Shown here piece by piece: positions 55,375-56,665 of a stretch of 56,665 nt of DNA (its first letter is position 1; each line of letters starts with the position of its first letter). The position numbers and the translations under genes are program-made. The stretch is from Amoebidium appalachense (taxonomy: Eukaryota; Protista; Ichthyosporea), in contig CAVNZM010000009.1 of assembly GCA_963693365.1 (NCBI GenBank), positions 26,476 to 83,140 of the forward strand, in the 5' to 3' direction. The notes under the pieces were generated by a model, which saw only the letters and a program-made list of their open reading frames with translations, ran no database searches and was not told the origin of the DNA.

Positions 55375-56665
55375 CATCCGCGTCCGTGACATGAACATAA
55401 ATAACACGAAACAGTTGGTCAACTGTTCAGGGGCGCATGGACGGGTGGAGTGTGACAACAGAGGGACAGGAACTGGTCATCCGAATGCCCAATGCTGTGA
55501 AAGCAATCATCCACCACGGCTGGTGGGCAGAGGTTATTTTGGAAATACAGCTGGTAAACTCTCCCTCCCCCCCTCCCCCCCCTCTTCCACCTCCCTTCCC
55601 AGAGAGTTCACAACATCTGTCCGCATCATCGCTAATTTAGTTTTATGCACCCGTCTTTGTTGCCCTTAAAGCACGGCAGCGTCACCATATGACACAGCCT
55701 GCACGCTAGCCTAAGGTGAGGTGCACGCATGAAACTGACTATGAAGGATGCTGAGAAGATTGAATTCAATGGCACGTGTAATTTGAAACGGCAAGCATCG
55801 ATATATCGATGATCATTGGCGTAGTTGGGCACAACTGGCCTTTCTTTGTGCCATTCTGATTTTTTTGTTGTTGTTGTTAAGCTACTTCCCGACTCGTAGT
55901 ATGATTGGGCACAACTGGCCTTTCTTTGTGCCATTCTGAATTTTTTTTGTTGTTGTTAAGCTACTTCCCGAATCGTAGAAAATTATACCAACTACTAATC
56001 ATCTTTTCAGACCACACCAGCGTCCTATTGCGGCTGCTTGACAGGAATGTGCGGAGACAAGAATGGCTACGATGATGGTAGGTTTCCTGACGTGCACACC
56101 GCTTGTAGCCAAATTCACTTTATGTCGTCAGGAGAAGATCTTATAGACTTCCTTGTCACTTTTGGTCTGTCTTAGGAATCATAACTTGTAAACGGAGCAA
56201 GAAACTTACCCCTTAGGAATCATAACTTGTAAACGGAGCTTGTAAAAGGAGCAAGAAACTCACCCCTTAGGAATCATAACTTGTAAACGGACATAAAGAG
56301 TAAACGAACTTATAGACTTCCTTGTCACTTTTGGTCACTTCTGGTCAGTCTTAGGAATCATAACTTTGAATCGGGTAAGTGCTCCGTTTACAAGTTTTTT
56401 ATTTACTCACCCGTAGGATGTCACCATGGTAACGTGCATAATTATCGCAGCCGTGTATCGATTTGCCACACCTGTAATCTGCTTGATTAAATGAGGATTA
56501 CCCGATTCAATGTTTTTATTTACTCACCCGTACATCACAAATGCAGCCCCTTTCAGCTGGCTGCAGACAGGCATCCGTGTCCCAGCACCAGAAGTCATTG
56601 TTGATTTCCCCAACGCTACGTTGCCCGCCGCCAACACACTTCTCACCCAGTGCCCGGATGTGCCT
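55345..56665 (+). repeat. Near-identical segmental copy of 45349-46669 (vWD exons and introns), running off the window end
   Basis: Offset 9,996 bp. Exon copies at 55415-55553, 56011-56077 and from 56547. The only difference I noticed is within a poly-C tract near 55570. Confidence 0.95.

Overview
Intron-rich eukaryotic genomic DNA with abundant microsatellites and poly-C tracts. It looks like an opisthokont protist, but the taxon cannot be fixed from sequence alone. The window has four zones. (1) 0.4-6.1 kb is a compact island of intronless, partly decayed genes with CCAAT-cluster/TATA promoters. It holds a T7-gp2.5/NCLDV-like SSB candidate, a broken B-lectin+PAN gene, an LRR/FNIP-like gene and unknown ORFs, plus an iteron-like array and a 73-bp palindrome. 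The best reading is an endogenised DNA-virus-like or large mobile element. (2) 6.4-16.4 kb holds an orphan ABCG exon, an intronless coiled-coil ORF, a bounded 3.9-kb hAT element (12-bp TIRs, 8-bp TSD) with cargo, and a 5'-truncated LINE. (3) 17.6-53.4 kb is one + strand gene of at least 45 exons and about 3,060 codons, with its 5' end not located. It encodes an extracellular mosaic protein: 3xWSC, 9xPAN/Apple alternating with EGF-like linkers, H-type-lectin-like, PA14-like, Calx/Ig-like, vWD with GDPH, EGFs, SdrD-B-like and Thr-rich parts. Its introns are full of locally templated duplications and fold-backs. One intron holds a 253-bp TG..CA insertion with a 5-bp TSD that contains a piece of initiator tRNA-Met fused to an inverted LTR end. 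(4) 55.2-56.7 kb is a Ty3/Gypsy RT remnant followed by a near-identical copy of the vWD exons. All domain calls are by-eye motif recognition, not database searches.
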